DNA of 62,337 nt, filler included, from Globobulimina sp. (Eukaryota): assembly GCA_003354225.1 (NCBI GenBank). It is 29 parts of 29 records of this genome, joined end to end, with 100 filler letters (N's around TTAATTAATTAA, not from the genome) between each part and the next. Parts side by side here need not be neighbours in the genome. Positions count along the whole stretch, not along the records: positions 49,535 to 51,585 come from PIVH01009418.1; positions 51,686 to 53,736 come from PIVH01009419.1; positions 53,837 to 55,887 come from PIVH01009420.1; positions 55,988 to 58,037 come from PIVH01009421.1; positions 58,138 to 60,187 come from PIVH01009422.1; positions 60,288 to 62,337 come from PIVH01009423.1; 23 more parts are not named here. The stretch is one strand, 5' to 3'. The number at the start of each line of letters is the position of its first letter. Within the stretch, counting starts at the first letter, position 1. Both the position numbers and the translations under genes were made by a program. Below the pieces are notes generated by a model that made no database searches, was not told where the DNA came from, and saw nothing but the letters and a program-made list of their open reading frames with translations. Shown here piece by piece: positions 50,751-62,337 of this stretch.

Positions 50751-51287
50751 TCATATCCACGTACTATCACCATATGCACCATATGGATCAGCGTAAAATA
50801 CATTTAATTGTATTACATTTTGTCGTGTTGTTTGGGGATTGCTATTTATCTCAAAATAATCTCGTTCGTCATCGCCAATGAACAGATAAATAACATGCGC
50901 TGCATCTGTGGGAACATAAATATTCTCATAAAGCATAGCATATCTTTGCACAAACACAGCAATCCCAAATGCCGGCATACAGTTTAAATTCCTTCTTTTA
51001 ATAAATTCATTAAATTTTCCGAATATATTTTCATATAAAATGCGATATGAAACCGAATGCAATTCGGGCCAGTTTGCTTGAACAACTAATTTGGTTTCTG
51101 ATGATAATCGTTTTTTAAGTTTATAAGTTTCAATGGTTTCGCCATTCTCCTTTTCAAGGATTAAAATTTGGTGCATAATCGCCATATCTTCGTCTGCCAG
51201 TCCTTCCAGAATAATGAGTTTCATCCTTGCCAGTTTTTGTCTCTTGAGACGGATGATATCGTCCAACGTTAAGTGTGGAGCGGCCAT
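50751..51287 (-). CDS. Hypothetical protein (178 aa)
   Basis: Intact ATG-to-TGA ORF. No family recognised. Confidence 0.5.
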   Translation of the reverse strand: MAAPHLTLDDIIRLKRQKLARMKLIILEGLADEDMAIMHQILILEKENGETIETYKLKKRLSSETKLVVQANWPELHSVSYRILYENIFGKFNEFIKRRNLNCMPAFGIAVFVQRYAMLYENIYVPTDAAHVIYLFIGDDERDYFEINSNPQTTRQNVIQLNVFYADPYGAYGDSTWI

Positions 51288-51311
51288 GGTTCACTTGGGC
51301 TTGTTCTTTGA

Positions 51312-51585
51312 ATGTTAATCAATTCACCACACACTTTAAATAATGATAATGTCTCAACAAACAGAAAAAGAAAACCTAACGACAGTGAACCAATATCTCC
51401 TCCATCCACTAAACGAGCCAAACGGCAGAGATATGATACAGACACAGACTCAGATTGCGATGATAATATCCCAGCAAATACAAAAGAAACACAAATTAAA
51501 ATAAGGCATGACACATCGGAGGAAGATAATGATTCCGATATTGACATTGCACGCAAACCAAACACAAAACATTCTGACAGTGACT
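51312..51585 (+). CDS. Start of a second BUD13-like copy
   Basis: 51402-51585 nearly duplicates 49535-49709. Confidence 0.7.
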
Positions 51586-51685
51586 NNNNNNNNNNNNNNN
51601 NNNNNNNNNNNNNNNNNNNNNNNNNNNNNTTAATTAATTAANNNNNNNNNNNNNNNNNNNNNNNNNNNNNNNNNNNNNNNNNNNN

Positions 51686-51797
51686 CACTGATGTAAAAGA
51701 ATGGGGCAAGTGGTTTAAAAAATGGGACAAGGGAAAACGAGGTCGTTTTCCCTTGTCCCATTTTTTACACCACTTGTCCCATTCTTTTCCATCAGTG
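51686..51797. repeat. 112-bp near-perfect palindrome with CACTG...CAGTG ends (fold-back MITE-like)
   Basis: 55-bp arms with 3 mismatches and a 2-nt loop (GG). Confidence 0.85.
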
Positions 51798-52246
51798 GGA
51801 AGGAGGATGAAGACCACATATCCCTTTATTTACATGCCCCATTTTTCCCCTGGTCCATTGTTTTTCCATCAACACGAGTGTTGATTTTGAAATTTATTTG
51901 CAATTTAAAATTAAAATCCCAATCCGACCATTATTAAAGGTGTCATGTATTTCCCTTGTATGGTGTCATGTATTTCCATTTGTATATCTTGTTCCCGGCC
52001 GGCTTTCCATACCCTACCTAGTTTCGCCTGTTGGTACAATGTACGTACATTCCAGAATCCAGAAGCCTAAAAGTTATACCAGTATGTATAGGTACAGTAT
52101 AATGGGTCGGAACATTCAAAAGTGATATCAGTTTTGATCGCAGATCACCCGATTCCGGATTTTCGGATCGCGAGGTCCCATTTTACTTAGAGAAATTTTT
52201 ACCTACTTTCACTACTGTATTTCACTTAAGAGAAACATCGTACAAA

Positions 52247-53697
52247 ATGAGTGAAGAAAATGAAAACGTTGACATGGACATAGATCAAATGGACATGGAT
52301 GAAATAGCAGCTCGCCCTGTCGACCCCTACGACGATTACTACATTGATAATGACCCTATTGATGATAAACATTTGGTGGCTCCAGACGATGAAAATACAA
52401 TTACTCCAACAAAGTATTATTCACGATCGCATAGCGAATCGCCTATTTTGGATGTGAGTCCTTTTGGAAGACTGGGTTGGATGGACAAAACCTTATCTGA
52501 GAAAGCTGATCATAACAGACGAAAGGCAATTGGTGAACCGCTAACACCTAATCCGACTAGTCCCGGCGGCACAGAATATTTCCGATTATATGGCTATGGA
52601 ACACTCGAGTAAGCATTCAAAATTTGTTGGCAGCAACTGCAAAATTTTGTGCGAAATTCGAAGTTTTTGAGAGGAATTGCTTATTTCGAACAAATCGCAA
52701 ACTGTCATCATTTTTTAACTAAAAAAACTTGACTGACCTATTATACATATAGTATTTCAGGCCCAACTTGTCGATAAGTGACAAAAAATCATTGATCAAC
52801 GAAGCCAGAATCCATCGTGATCGGATTCGAAGCAAGAATAAACCAACAGAAAAAATTGGACTTAAAAGAGCAATGGAATCTGACTCAGGTACTGTCTGTA
52901 GTGTAGTACTGTTTATATTGTTATTTCTAAAGAGGTTGGCACGAGTAGAGGTGTTCTCGGCTCATCGCGGCCCGCGATTTCGAATCGAAATTTCCGAAGG
53001 CTAGGCCCGACAGAAAATTTTCTGGCCTGGGCGCGGGCAGGTCCGCAAACAATCGCAAAATTTTCGAGTATATTGTATTTCCAAAACTCGGAAAAATGAT
53101 TAGTATTGCATAGATTTTGAAATTTTAGTCAGGCCGTCTGGCCCGCCACCCCAAAAATGCAATCCAGCACACTTCTGAGTAAGTATCCCTCACATTGTTT
53201 AGGTACCCGCCAAACAACGGCGCACGCTGCGTATTTTCGCCGCTGCTCGTCTGGCCAACTTAAAATTTAGCCAACCTCAACAACAGAAAGCAGGGGATAA
53301 TTGCTGCGGAGCAGTGTAGAACATACGCAACGCACACCGTGTTTTGTCCGGGGGTTTATACAATGTGATGGATCCTTAAATCGGCCCATGCACACCTCTG
53401 ATCGCGTGGCGACCCTGCCTGTCAAAAGTTTTCTGCCGAGTAGGGCACACCTTTTTGATCCATTCATACCGTATATTTTCAGACAGCGATCAAGACAATA
53501 AACGGGTCAAAGGTGAAGAGGAAACCTCGGGTAGCGATAACTGTTCTGAATTGGAGCAAACGTTGACGTGCCCAGAGGAGTTGTATCCAGGAATACCTCC
53601 AAAATATGTCCCTCAAACGGCCGAAAATGAAATGGAATCAACGGGATCCCTCGATTATGTAGCTGTAGAAAAAGGGAAAAAACGTTTGCAAATGTAG
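52247..53697 (+). CDS. Acidic multi-exon hypothetical protein
   Basis: Exons ~52247-52608, 52760-52888 and 53482 onward join in frame at GT-AG sites. Confidence 0.5.
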
Positions 53698-54354
53698 ACT
53701 TTATTCGTTTCATATAATGTACTGTTTGTTTGTGTTNNNNNNNNNNNNNNNNNNNNNNNNNNNNNNNNNNNNNNNNNNNNTTAATTAATTAANNNNNNNN
53801 NNNNNNNNNNNNNNNNNNNNNNNNNNNNNNNNNNNNCACAAAACACACCAAGTTCAGATTCAAAAACAATTGAAACCATTCTATCCAAACTGGCAGGATG
53901 GGAGCAAAGAATACATGATGAAAGTCATAAAGTATGAATCCGTTTTTGTACATGTATATAAAATCCAAACATAACACAAAATATACACAACAAAACGCAG
54001 CAATATTGCTTGGACCGTAATAGCAGATCAACAGAATGCAATCCACCAAATACAATCACAAAAATAGGCAATAAAAGCATAATTATACACAACGAATCAA
54101 CCACAACCAACCACACAACATCATTAATTTGAGATTTGTCAAGTAGGATTGGATAATTTCATCGAATTTCCAGCTATACCATAACATTGTGCTATCAACT
54201 TAATATTTGGTACATGATCGAATAATATCATATACTATGACTTCGTGCCTTTTTTTTTTGTTTGGAGTTGCTGGTTGAGCACGTACATGAAATTTCGATA
54301 ATAGTTCATTCTCGATCATTCTTGATTTTCTAACTTTTTTTTTTTAGTCAAAAC

Positions 54355-55225
54355 ATGGCACGCTACCGTTTTAGGACACGTAAGAAGCGAAGTCGACCTT
54401 CTGCACCACCTGCTGCACGAAGAAAACCACGGAGGGACACAAAGACTCGTCCAGGCCTGCTATTAACGCAATATGCAGAGCAAAAAGCAATCAAACGAAC
54501 AAAGAAGAAAAAGCAAACGAAGAAGAATAAACAAGAAGAACCGACGAATGTAAAAGCAATTTATTGGGTTCATCCTGAGAAGAAAAATGATGATTACTTT
54601 ATTGATGTGGTATATTATGGATTAAGAGGGCGTTATCATATCTCGTTGACTGATTTGTTGAATGGTAACGAGTGGGCCGTATCGAACCAATGCCAGTTAT
54701 GGCATCACACATATAATCATGGATTTAGTGAGTGGTTTATGGCGCGCGCTGTGCGCAAACAGCAATTAGTGGACATTGGCGCTATTGTATATGATGAAGC
54801 AGATAAGAAATATCTAGAAATTGTGGGAGTGCCACGTGCAGACAAACTGTATGTGTGGCCGGGATATGATAATTTTTGTGTAGGTATGTTGTAATAAGTG
54901 ATTTTTTATTTAATTTTATTTGTATTGGTATTATGTAGGTACGGCGCGGGAATTTAATGCGCATACAAGAATAATAGGTGGCGGGGATGGATTTGGGGAC
55001 GATACGGATTATTCGGTGTATTCGGATGAGATTATTATTGTGGCAAATTTGCCGTATTTTTATTTGATGCAGAATGCAAAGGATGATTTATATCATTTAT
55101 TACGGACAAAATTGTATAATCAATTTAAAAAGAAAAGCAAATCAAGAAAATTATCGTTTTATGAAAATCTAAGTGGTAAAGTATGGGAGCATTATATTGG
55201 GAAACGGTTGGTTTTTATTATATAA
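54355..55225 (+). CDS. Basic N-terminal hypothetical protein, two exons
   Basis: Lys/Arg-rich N-terminus. GT-AG intron 54884-54938 joins the two ORFs. Confidence 0.55.
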
Positions 55226-55495
55226 ATATTTGTTTTTATATTTGCATATTCTATGCAATGTTTATTTCCTACGTTTACAGTGCAAGGATTAATATTATCT
55301 GAGTATCAGTTTCAAACTGAAAAGCAATGATTGTATGCATGTAAAAGAATATTATAATTGTTTGTTTGTTTGTTAATTTTTTTTTAAAGAAAAGGTGTTT
55401 GGGTCTGATCACCGCCGACAATGAGCTTTGTCGTAACACAGCCATTGTTGGCCGACAGTGACTGACGTAATAAAAATGTGCAAACAAAACAAAAC

Positions 55496-55553
55496 AACGT
55501 GGTGGAAATGAACGTGGTGGAAATGGACGTGGTGGAAATGAACGTGGTGGAAT
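55496..55553. repeat. 15-bp tandem repeat (AACGTGGTGGAAATG) x~4
   Basis: Directly visible. Confidence 0.85.
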
Positions 55554-56049
55554 TGGGATTGAGATGAGAACGGATTCGAATTGTGATTGTTTGAGATGGA
55601 TTCGACGTGGCGATGGTGGCGAATTGGGCGATGGTTTTTGAAAATCCATACAAAATCCATACAAAGTTTTTGGTCATAACTCAAAAAATAAAGGTTCGGA
55701 GAAGCTAAAACGTTGGGAGAGCACTAGTTTGAACACCTACTTTTTTTTTGAAATGATGATTTTGAAAATGGTCATTTATTGTTTGCTGTACGGATTCTAA
55801 GAGCAAAAATCAAGATTTTCATGCCAAAGTGAACACATAAATACCACCATCGGCAGTAACACAGTAATTTGATAAGCTTCATTAAGTNNNNNNNNNNNNN
55901 NNNNNNNNNNNNNNNNNNNNNNNNNNNNNNNTTAATTAATTAANNNNNNNNNNNNNNNNNNNNNNNNNNNNNNNNNNNNNNNNNNNNTGTTCGAGCACTG
56001 GGTACCTTGCAATATGCGATCTTTGGTCCCGTGCTTTTGACATAATCAA

Positions 56050-58037
56050 CTGAAAATTAGCCTTCATATGGCTTCCATTTTGCGGTTTACGTAACGCAAT
56101 ATATGGTCATAATTACGGCCATTATCAGTCTCCATTAATATAATGGTTTTATCCCGTACAATATTATATGGTGTTATTTTATATGGTTTTATGAATTTTC
56201 TATTGGTTAATTCAATATGGGATTCATCATTCAATTCACGCAATTTTATTTGTTTATCATTAATTTCAATTATTTCTTTTTATTGCCAATTGGCGTAAAC
56301 TTCTTTTTATTGCCAATTAATCGCCGATTAACATTCAACAATACTAAATCCCCAATCACGTATTCAATCTCGTCCTTGCGACCTTTATTATATGTCTTTG
56401 CTCGGGTTTTATCGTATTTTAGTTGATTTATATTGGTTTTATTATATATTAGATTTTTATTATTATTCATCATTCGTATATACTCCGTTGGTGTTGATCT
56501 TGACACTTTGATATTATTTATTCGATCCAAATTTATTTTTAAATCTTTGCCAAATATGATTTTATTCGGTGAATAATGTGTCATTGTATTTGGTGACGAA
56601 TTATAAGTGTGTTGTATTAATGGTATATATTTATCTCATTCGTCATCTCAATCAACGAAGTTCATTCCCGTATCAATTGAAATCAAAGTTAATCTCTCTT
56701 TTATCCATCTATGCAATCTCTCAATTTGCCCATTCGTTTCTGGATAATACGGAGATGCAAATTTTTGTTTAATGTGTTTTTCTTTGTTGTATATTCTAAA
56801 CATTTCAGATATAAATTGTGATCCATTGTCACTTAGCACTGCTGTTGGTGGTCCGAATAACGACAACCATCGTTCGTATGCTTTGATGACGGTTATGGTT
56901 TTTATGTTTTCCACAGGTACTAATAAGCAGAAACGCGAATATTTATCAATCATGGACACGATATATCGGTTCCCTTTATCTGTTTGCGGCAATGGTCCAA
57001 CAATATCGATGGATATTAATTCAAATGGAGCTGCTGCTGTAAAGGTTTGAATTTTACCTGATTTAAATGCTTGAACACCGCCTCCTTTTACAGATTGGCA
57101 TCCATGGCACGATTTAGTATACAAAGCGACATCATCGCGCAAACCAGACCACCAATATCGCGTTGTAATTGCTGCCAACATGCGAGGTCCGCCATTATGT
57201 AAATTAGTGTGTGCCCAATGCAACGCACTGCTACGTAACGAGCTTGGTATGACCACACAATTCGTTTTCTTAAATTTGTATATTAATATATTATTATGAT
57301 TTAGATAATATCGCCCATTCAACACTGTATGGTACAGATACGACGGCAAATCATCCAACAAATATGCGTTATTGGTTCGCAAATAATCGATAATGGCATA
57401 CAAAATAGGGTCATTACATTGTTTATTCTGGATATTATCATTGGATAATTGGTGTAAATCATATTTATCCTCAATAGGTATTGGGGACGGAATAAATATG
57501 GATTTGTTATATGTTGGATGCGATGGTTTTTGTTTAATTATTTGGTCATTTAATAGTTGCTGTTTACGTTGCTGCTGTACATTATTATCGATATTATCAT
57601 AAACTGGTTTTAATTTGGCGTTTAATGCATTTTGATATTGTGCATTTTGCTTCCGTTTGGCAACCAAACGGGTATTAAATCTATGGGATATTTGTGGCAA
57701 TTGCAATGGGGCTTGGATATTAGTCGAAGTTTGGTGTACGGATGGTTGATTAATGGGTTTATTATGATTTGTATTATTATTATTCATCGGAATATCGTCG
57801 GATGAATCTGACTCAGAACCACTATCAACATCCATCGGGTTATTTGTATATTTATGATAATTTAATATGGACGGATTATTTTGCAATATACAACATGTTG
57901 GCGTTTCATTTGATTCATCACTGTCATAACCAACATTATCAATGAAGCAAATATCTTTATTTCTGATTGTTTGTGATGCCAAATGTTGTGTATACAAATA
58001 ATTTATATTTGTTGTGTTGCGACGTTGTTTGATATTA
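56050..58037 (-). mobile_element. Ty3/gypsy-type LTR retrotransposon integrase region, degenerate
   Basis: H..H.G...YWW....CHGC zinc finger, SIDIVGPLP, SDNGSQF, YYPETNGQIER. In-frame TGAs at 56648 and 56636, and a local duplication (IGNKKK x2). Confidence 0.9.
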
Positions 58038-58137
58038 NNNNNNNNNNNNNNNNNNNNNNNNNNNNNNNNNNNNNNNNNNNNTTAATTAATTAANNNNNNN
58101 NNNNNNNNNNNNNNNNNNNNNNNNNNNNNNNNNNNNN

Positions 58138-58367
58138 CAACCCCGCAATCACTCGCTTTATTGCTTTGCAGTCATTTGCTTTCTGCGGACATTCATCACT
58201 CTCATTATCCGTTTCGTTTGTTTTGTTCTCTAAAAATATATCAAAGTCGATTAATGGTTTCGATGTATCATCGTTTTGCTTGTTTGGTTTGTTGTGACTC
58301 GGTTCATTTGTTTGTGTTGGTGGCACTGAGCGTTGTTTGTTTTCTTTTGACTGTTTACTGTCCATCG
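58138..58367 (-). CDS. Hypothetical protein N-terminus
   Basis: MDSKQSKE start. Similar architecture to 36621-36941. Confidence 0.45.
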
Positions 58368-59141
58368 CGTATTTTACCTGTTCACTAAAAAGAAAATTTG
58401 ACAAACATGCAGTTTTCAAATAAATTTGCGTTTAAAATGTGAGACGGCATTGATTCGTAAGCATATATTATATGCATTGTGCACTGTGATTAGAAATTGT
58501 GGATGTCATAGCACTCAAAAATTGCGTTTGTTTTTAATTGCGGTTAATTATGATGTACGTCCTTGGTAATAATTGCCGGCGATTTATACGCTGTCGCTGT
58601 GAGCATAATTATTGCAATGCGCAGGTTGTGAATAAATACCTGCATAAATGTACATATATTTTCAGTTTCAAACTGATTCGTTGTTTCATATGACAATCAC
58701 GGTGATAATGTCGTGGGTGATATCAATACGAATGATTTGATGAATGTGGATATGCGCACCTTTTTGCGTGATGCCATGAATATTAATTCCTACGAGAATT
58801 ACTTGCATACCACATTTGTATTAAATCGTATTTTTGAGTGTGCTCACATCCACAATTTCGAATCACAGCGTGTGTGGAATGCATTTATTAAACATTGGCT
58901 AAATATGCTTAGATATTTTCATTTCTTTCGACGGACTGTACTAAACTGCGATGGTGGCAAGGTTCAGTGGCTACAACTAAAGAGTTTTGAAGTTAGTATT
59001 CTCGAAAATATACTGTTTCCAACAACTGAAGTGTGACGAGAACAAATTTAATTTTTAAACAAGAGAATAAATTTAATAACAAGTTGGTAACAACAACATA
59101 ATAACATAATAATAATAATAATAAATTAATAATATTGAGCA

Positions 59142-60187
59142 TTAAACAATAACCATTGGCGTGCCACATCCTGCAACACCTCCTTCAATCTGAGCTGGCG
59201 CGAAATAAAAGCCACCAACATATGGCACATTGCCGTTACGTGCATCCTCTGTCCATTCCACTAACTTTAAATTTTCGTACAGAAATCCTCCATTACATAC
59301 AAGCCAATGTAAATGGACTGGATTCGATAATGGCTGCCCGAATGGAGCATATTCAACGGCGCCATTATCCGATCCCAACAACAACACTTTTTTTGGTGAG
59401 AAAATATTGAAAACAGTATCCAATGTAATCCCCGGCACTCTCGAATAATAAAAACTAGCATCACTGTGCCAATACGCATTGGCCCATCCCGTGTAAAATA
59501 ACAATACATCCCCTTCTTCGATGTCAGTCACATCCATACCTTCATATATATGCATCATTTGGATAAATGATAATAATGTAATTGCAAATATGTCCGCATA
59601 CCTTGATGATGTAACGTGTCCTCTATAATATTTGTATCGATTTGAAAATCATCAAACAACGGATCTTGACCAATATATCCGGCAACATCCACTAAAATGG
59701 CTCGTGTAATAAATGGCGGCAGCTGCTCCACTCCAATATATTTAAGACCTGCTTCTTCCATTACGGACGCCGCAGTAAATCCATTATGAAATAAATAGTT
59801 TCGTCCATCACCGAATTCGCCGTTTACATAGAAAATATGTCCCAATCCATCAAACTGTGTGCCACTGTTCCCGATGGCGGAGGTCATTAATCTTTGATCC
59901 ATCCATCCCCATCCAAGGCCGCATTGGGTGTTATTATTTGTATCATACTCATAATAATCCGGTACAACACCAAATGCGCTCGTGCCGTGATGTCGTAATG
60001 CTGTGTACCACGAACGTCCTCCAAATGCCGGCATAGAATTTGTATATTTGTAGGATAATTTGTACGTTTTACCTACTTTGCCCAATGATAATGCTTTTAA
60101 TGTGTTTTTTGAGCTTAAATATTGTGCCATGCCAATATTATTTCGCTCTTCTAAAGGCGTTGCTGGATTATCCCATAAATGGGCGGC
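59142..60187 (-). CDS. Metal-dependent cyclase / kynurenine formamidase-like protein (5' truncated)
   Basis: GTQFDGLGH, RAILVDVA, EEGDVLLFYTGW, LGSDN, ENL.L, GG.AG...P. Intron 59540-59601. Confidence 0.85.
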
Positions 60188-60287
60188 NNNNNNNNNNNNN
60201 NNNNNNNNNNNNNNNNNNNNNNNNNNNNNNNTTAATTAATTAANNNNNNNNNNNNNNNNNNNNNNNNNNNNNNNNNNNNNNNNNNNN

Positions 60288-60830
60288 ATGGGTCTCTTTG
60301 AACCACTCTATCATAAGCCAGGTAATTTTTGGTCTTATACTTGGTGGAGATGGTAAGTGATCCTTCATTGAATTGGTAATACAAACAACAAATATATTGA
60401 TTTGCGAGTTGTTTGTTATTGTTTACATTTTTAGGAATGCACATAATTATTTTACCTATAAATGTTGTCTCATTTAGAAGTCCTGGCATAATAGATAGGC
60501 AGAGGAAAAGTAATAATACTAATACGTTTGTCATTTATTTTATTTATTAATGGTTTAATCCAATGCCAGCCACCACAGTAACTCAACATAAAATGATAGC
60601 TTCTTTGGTCCTTGATGTTCAAACTTAAAAAAAACTTTCACTTCAAAATATTTCATTTACGCTCAAGTTTATCATAGCCATAGCCACACTCACATACACC
60701 ATATAAACAACAAATATGGGTCTCTTTGAACCACTCTATCATAAGCCAGGTAATTTTTGGTCTTATACTTGGTGGAGATGGTAAGTGATCCTTCATTGAA
60801 TTGGTAATACAAACAACAAATATATTGATT
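60288..60830. repeat. ~114-bp direct duplication (60288-60401 and 60716-60830)
   Basis: Sequence TGGGTCTCTTTGAACC...CAAATATATTGATT appears twice. Confidence 0.9.
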
Positions 60831-61340
60831 ATGTAAAAGGTACCCTTGGGTTATTGTTGGTGTAGCGGCATGTCCAGTTGTTGCATCACGTGAAATGGGG
60901 AGATTTTCAAGAAGTTTAGTTGTCGTTATATCGTTGATTGACCACACGCAAATTCGCAATTTGTATTGCTAAAATATACAATATACAGCAATGATGGCTA
61001 ATTTCCAACCAATGAGGAGTTTCCGCGGTGCAAGATATCTAAGATAATCATACATTGAATGTATCACATTTTTGATGAAAAGGCATTGATTCCTCTCAAA
61101 ATAACATTGTGTCAAACTGTCAAAATGAAATTCACAAAATCATAGAAACTGTTCCAAAAAAATAAATTGGACATTGAGAATAAAGTGCTGTTAAATGATT
61201 TGATTTTGTCTAGATTGTGATTCAGTGATTATTCGACAAACTGACAATTGAGCTCTATCCTTGCACATATGCCATAGCAGTCACTTGTGTAGACTTCGAA
61301 AAACTGTGTACACTTCGTGAAAATCTTAAAATCACAATTA

Positions 61341-62337
61341 TTATCGATGCACATAGTAGCAAACGGCTGATGGTAAAGATTTTTTGTCCGGAATACAAAG
61401 TTGTTTTCCAGCATCAATTCCTTGAAAACCTCTATGATGCATTGTAGATACACTATAAAACTCTTTCCACAAATCTTGATCGCTAATATCAAATTTACCA
61501 CTTTTTGCAATACTCCAATTCTTCATTGCTAAAATGGAGTAATATTCGATAAACGAAGCTTTTTTATCGTTTTGTTGCGATAAAATCTTCAAATATTCCA
61601 CTATATGAATCCAAAAATATGTTAACGTTTCATGATATGTTTCCTTTTGATGTGTTCTCAATCGTTCGCAAATAAGTTTTATTCCATGATTTCTGTCATA
61701 AAATGTCAAATAACACCAAATAACTCGCAGAAAACATAAATGGTTCCATTCCTTCAACTTTTGCTGTTCAAATCTGGCTAAAAATATTTTGTCATCCTCC
61801 ACGTCTGGAAATATAATATTTTTCCCAGGCTTTGTAGGTGTCACTTTAATACGCTTCGGGCTCTTAATGTTTTGTGGCGAATTCAGATTGCTCTTATTTT
61901 CATTTTTTAATTTTTGTATATTAGTTATCAACGATGGTAATGGTTTGATGTCAGGCATGCAAAATATCGTCGGTGTTTCCATAGTTTTAAGTAATAACCG
62001 TTCGGAATAATACTCGGTCACTAAACTGTAGCTATCGCATAATTGTGGATTGACTGCAAGAAACAGCTTAAAATCTGTGCAAACCTTTGCCTTTAAATCA
62101 ATTTCTGTCACTGACTCCAATGCATACAAAACGATTTGCGACCAAAAAGTGACCAAAGTAACATTATATTCCTTCGGTTTAAATTTTTCAATCAACTCAC
62201 ATATTTTCAATGTGGCTCTGTTATATCGGCCACAATATCGATTGAAACATATCCAAAGTAACCTGACCAAATTATAGTGATCAAACTCTTCTTTTAATGT
62301 ACAATTTGCTATTTCTTCAATAAATGCCTCGTCGTCC
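61341..62337 (-). CDS. Protein with tandem copies of an uncharacterised 'H...R..W...Y(H/N)xTL..FW...PD.K.LPS' domain (5' truncated)
   Basis: The motif occurs twice: YNVTLVTFW...PDIKPLPS and YHETLTYFW...PDKKSLPS. Confidence 0.65.
   Translation of the reverse strand, partial: DDEAFIEEIANCTLKEEFDHYNLVRLLWICFNRYCGRYNRATLKICELIEKFKPKEYNVTLVTFWSQIVLYALESVTEIDLKAKVCTDFKLFLAVNPQLCDSYSLVTEYYSERLLLKTMETPTIFCMPDIKPLPSLITNIQKLKNENKSNLNSPQNIKSPKRIKVTPTKPGKNIIFPDVEDDKIFLARFEQQKLKEWNHLCFLRVIWCYLTFYDRNHGIKLICERLRTHQKETYHETLTYFWIHIVEYLKILSQQNDKKASFIEYYSILAMKNWSIAKSGKFDISDQDLWKEFYSVSTMHHRGFQGIDAGKQLCIPDKKSLPSAVCYYVHR

Noticed and set aside
56636-56650. TGA=Trp alternative genetic code in the integrase
   Set aside because: Only one of the two TGAs is at a Trp-like position, other Trp codons in the ORF are TGG, and nearby decay indicates a pseudogene.
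2056-60287. Regularly spaced TTAATTAATTAA palindromes as a biological repeat or CRISPR-like array
   Set aside because: They are always centred in 44+44 Ns between length-sorted contigs, so they are an artificial six-frame-stop linker. ORF ends reading XXXXLIN are artefacts.
1-62337. Operon or gene-cluster interpretation across the window (e.g. RT + nuclease + caspase as a defence system)
   Set aside because: The components lie on different, arbitrarily ordered contigs of a eukaryote.

Overview
This is not a contiguous locus. It is 29 unrelated ~2.05-kb contigs, sorted by length (2055 down to 2050 bp) and joined by artificial 100-nt linkers (44 N + TTAATTAATTAA + 44 N), so gene neighbourhood across linkers is meaningless. 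The DNA is AT-rich and eukaryotic, uses the standard code, and has many short spliceosomal introns (mostly 50-150 nt, GT-AG). The gene content suggests a rhizarian protist, probably a foraminifer (inference): RING/TRAF, PTxxPT surface proteins, 7TM-RGS, caspase-like, PPR-SMR and IFT70. Recognisable genes include RPT5, TOP3B, IFT70/TTC30, BUD13, kinesin, MsrB, GGT, WAVE/SCAR, AMMECR1, a CNG/K+ channel and a calmodulin-like protein. Mobile DNA includes an APE-RT LINE, a gypsy integrase, an N-terminal GIY-YIG Penelope-like (Naiad-type) element and MITEs. Best leads: (1) six hairpins with compensatory and G-U changes, each followed by GGATTA or GAATTA, upstream of the Penelope-like element; (2) an intron-bearing LasB/vibriolysin-type M4 protease; (3) ultra-short head-to-head gene spacing, with an identical AGTTTTACTAAC motif in two gaps; (4) a 200-bp MITE with an 8-bp TSD inside a PPR pseudogene; (5) chimeric junctions, including a prokaryotic ECF-ATPase fragment. 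No complete multi-gene novel system can be shown from 2-kb pieces.
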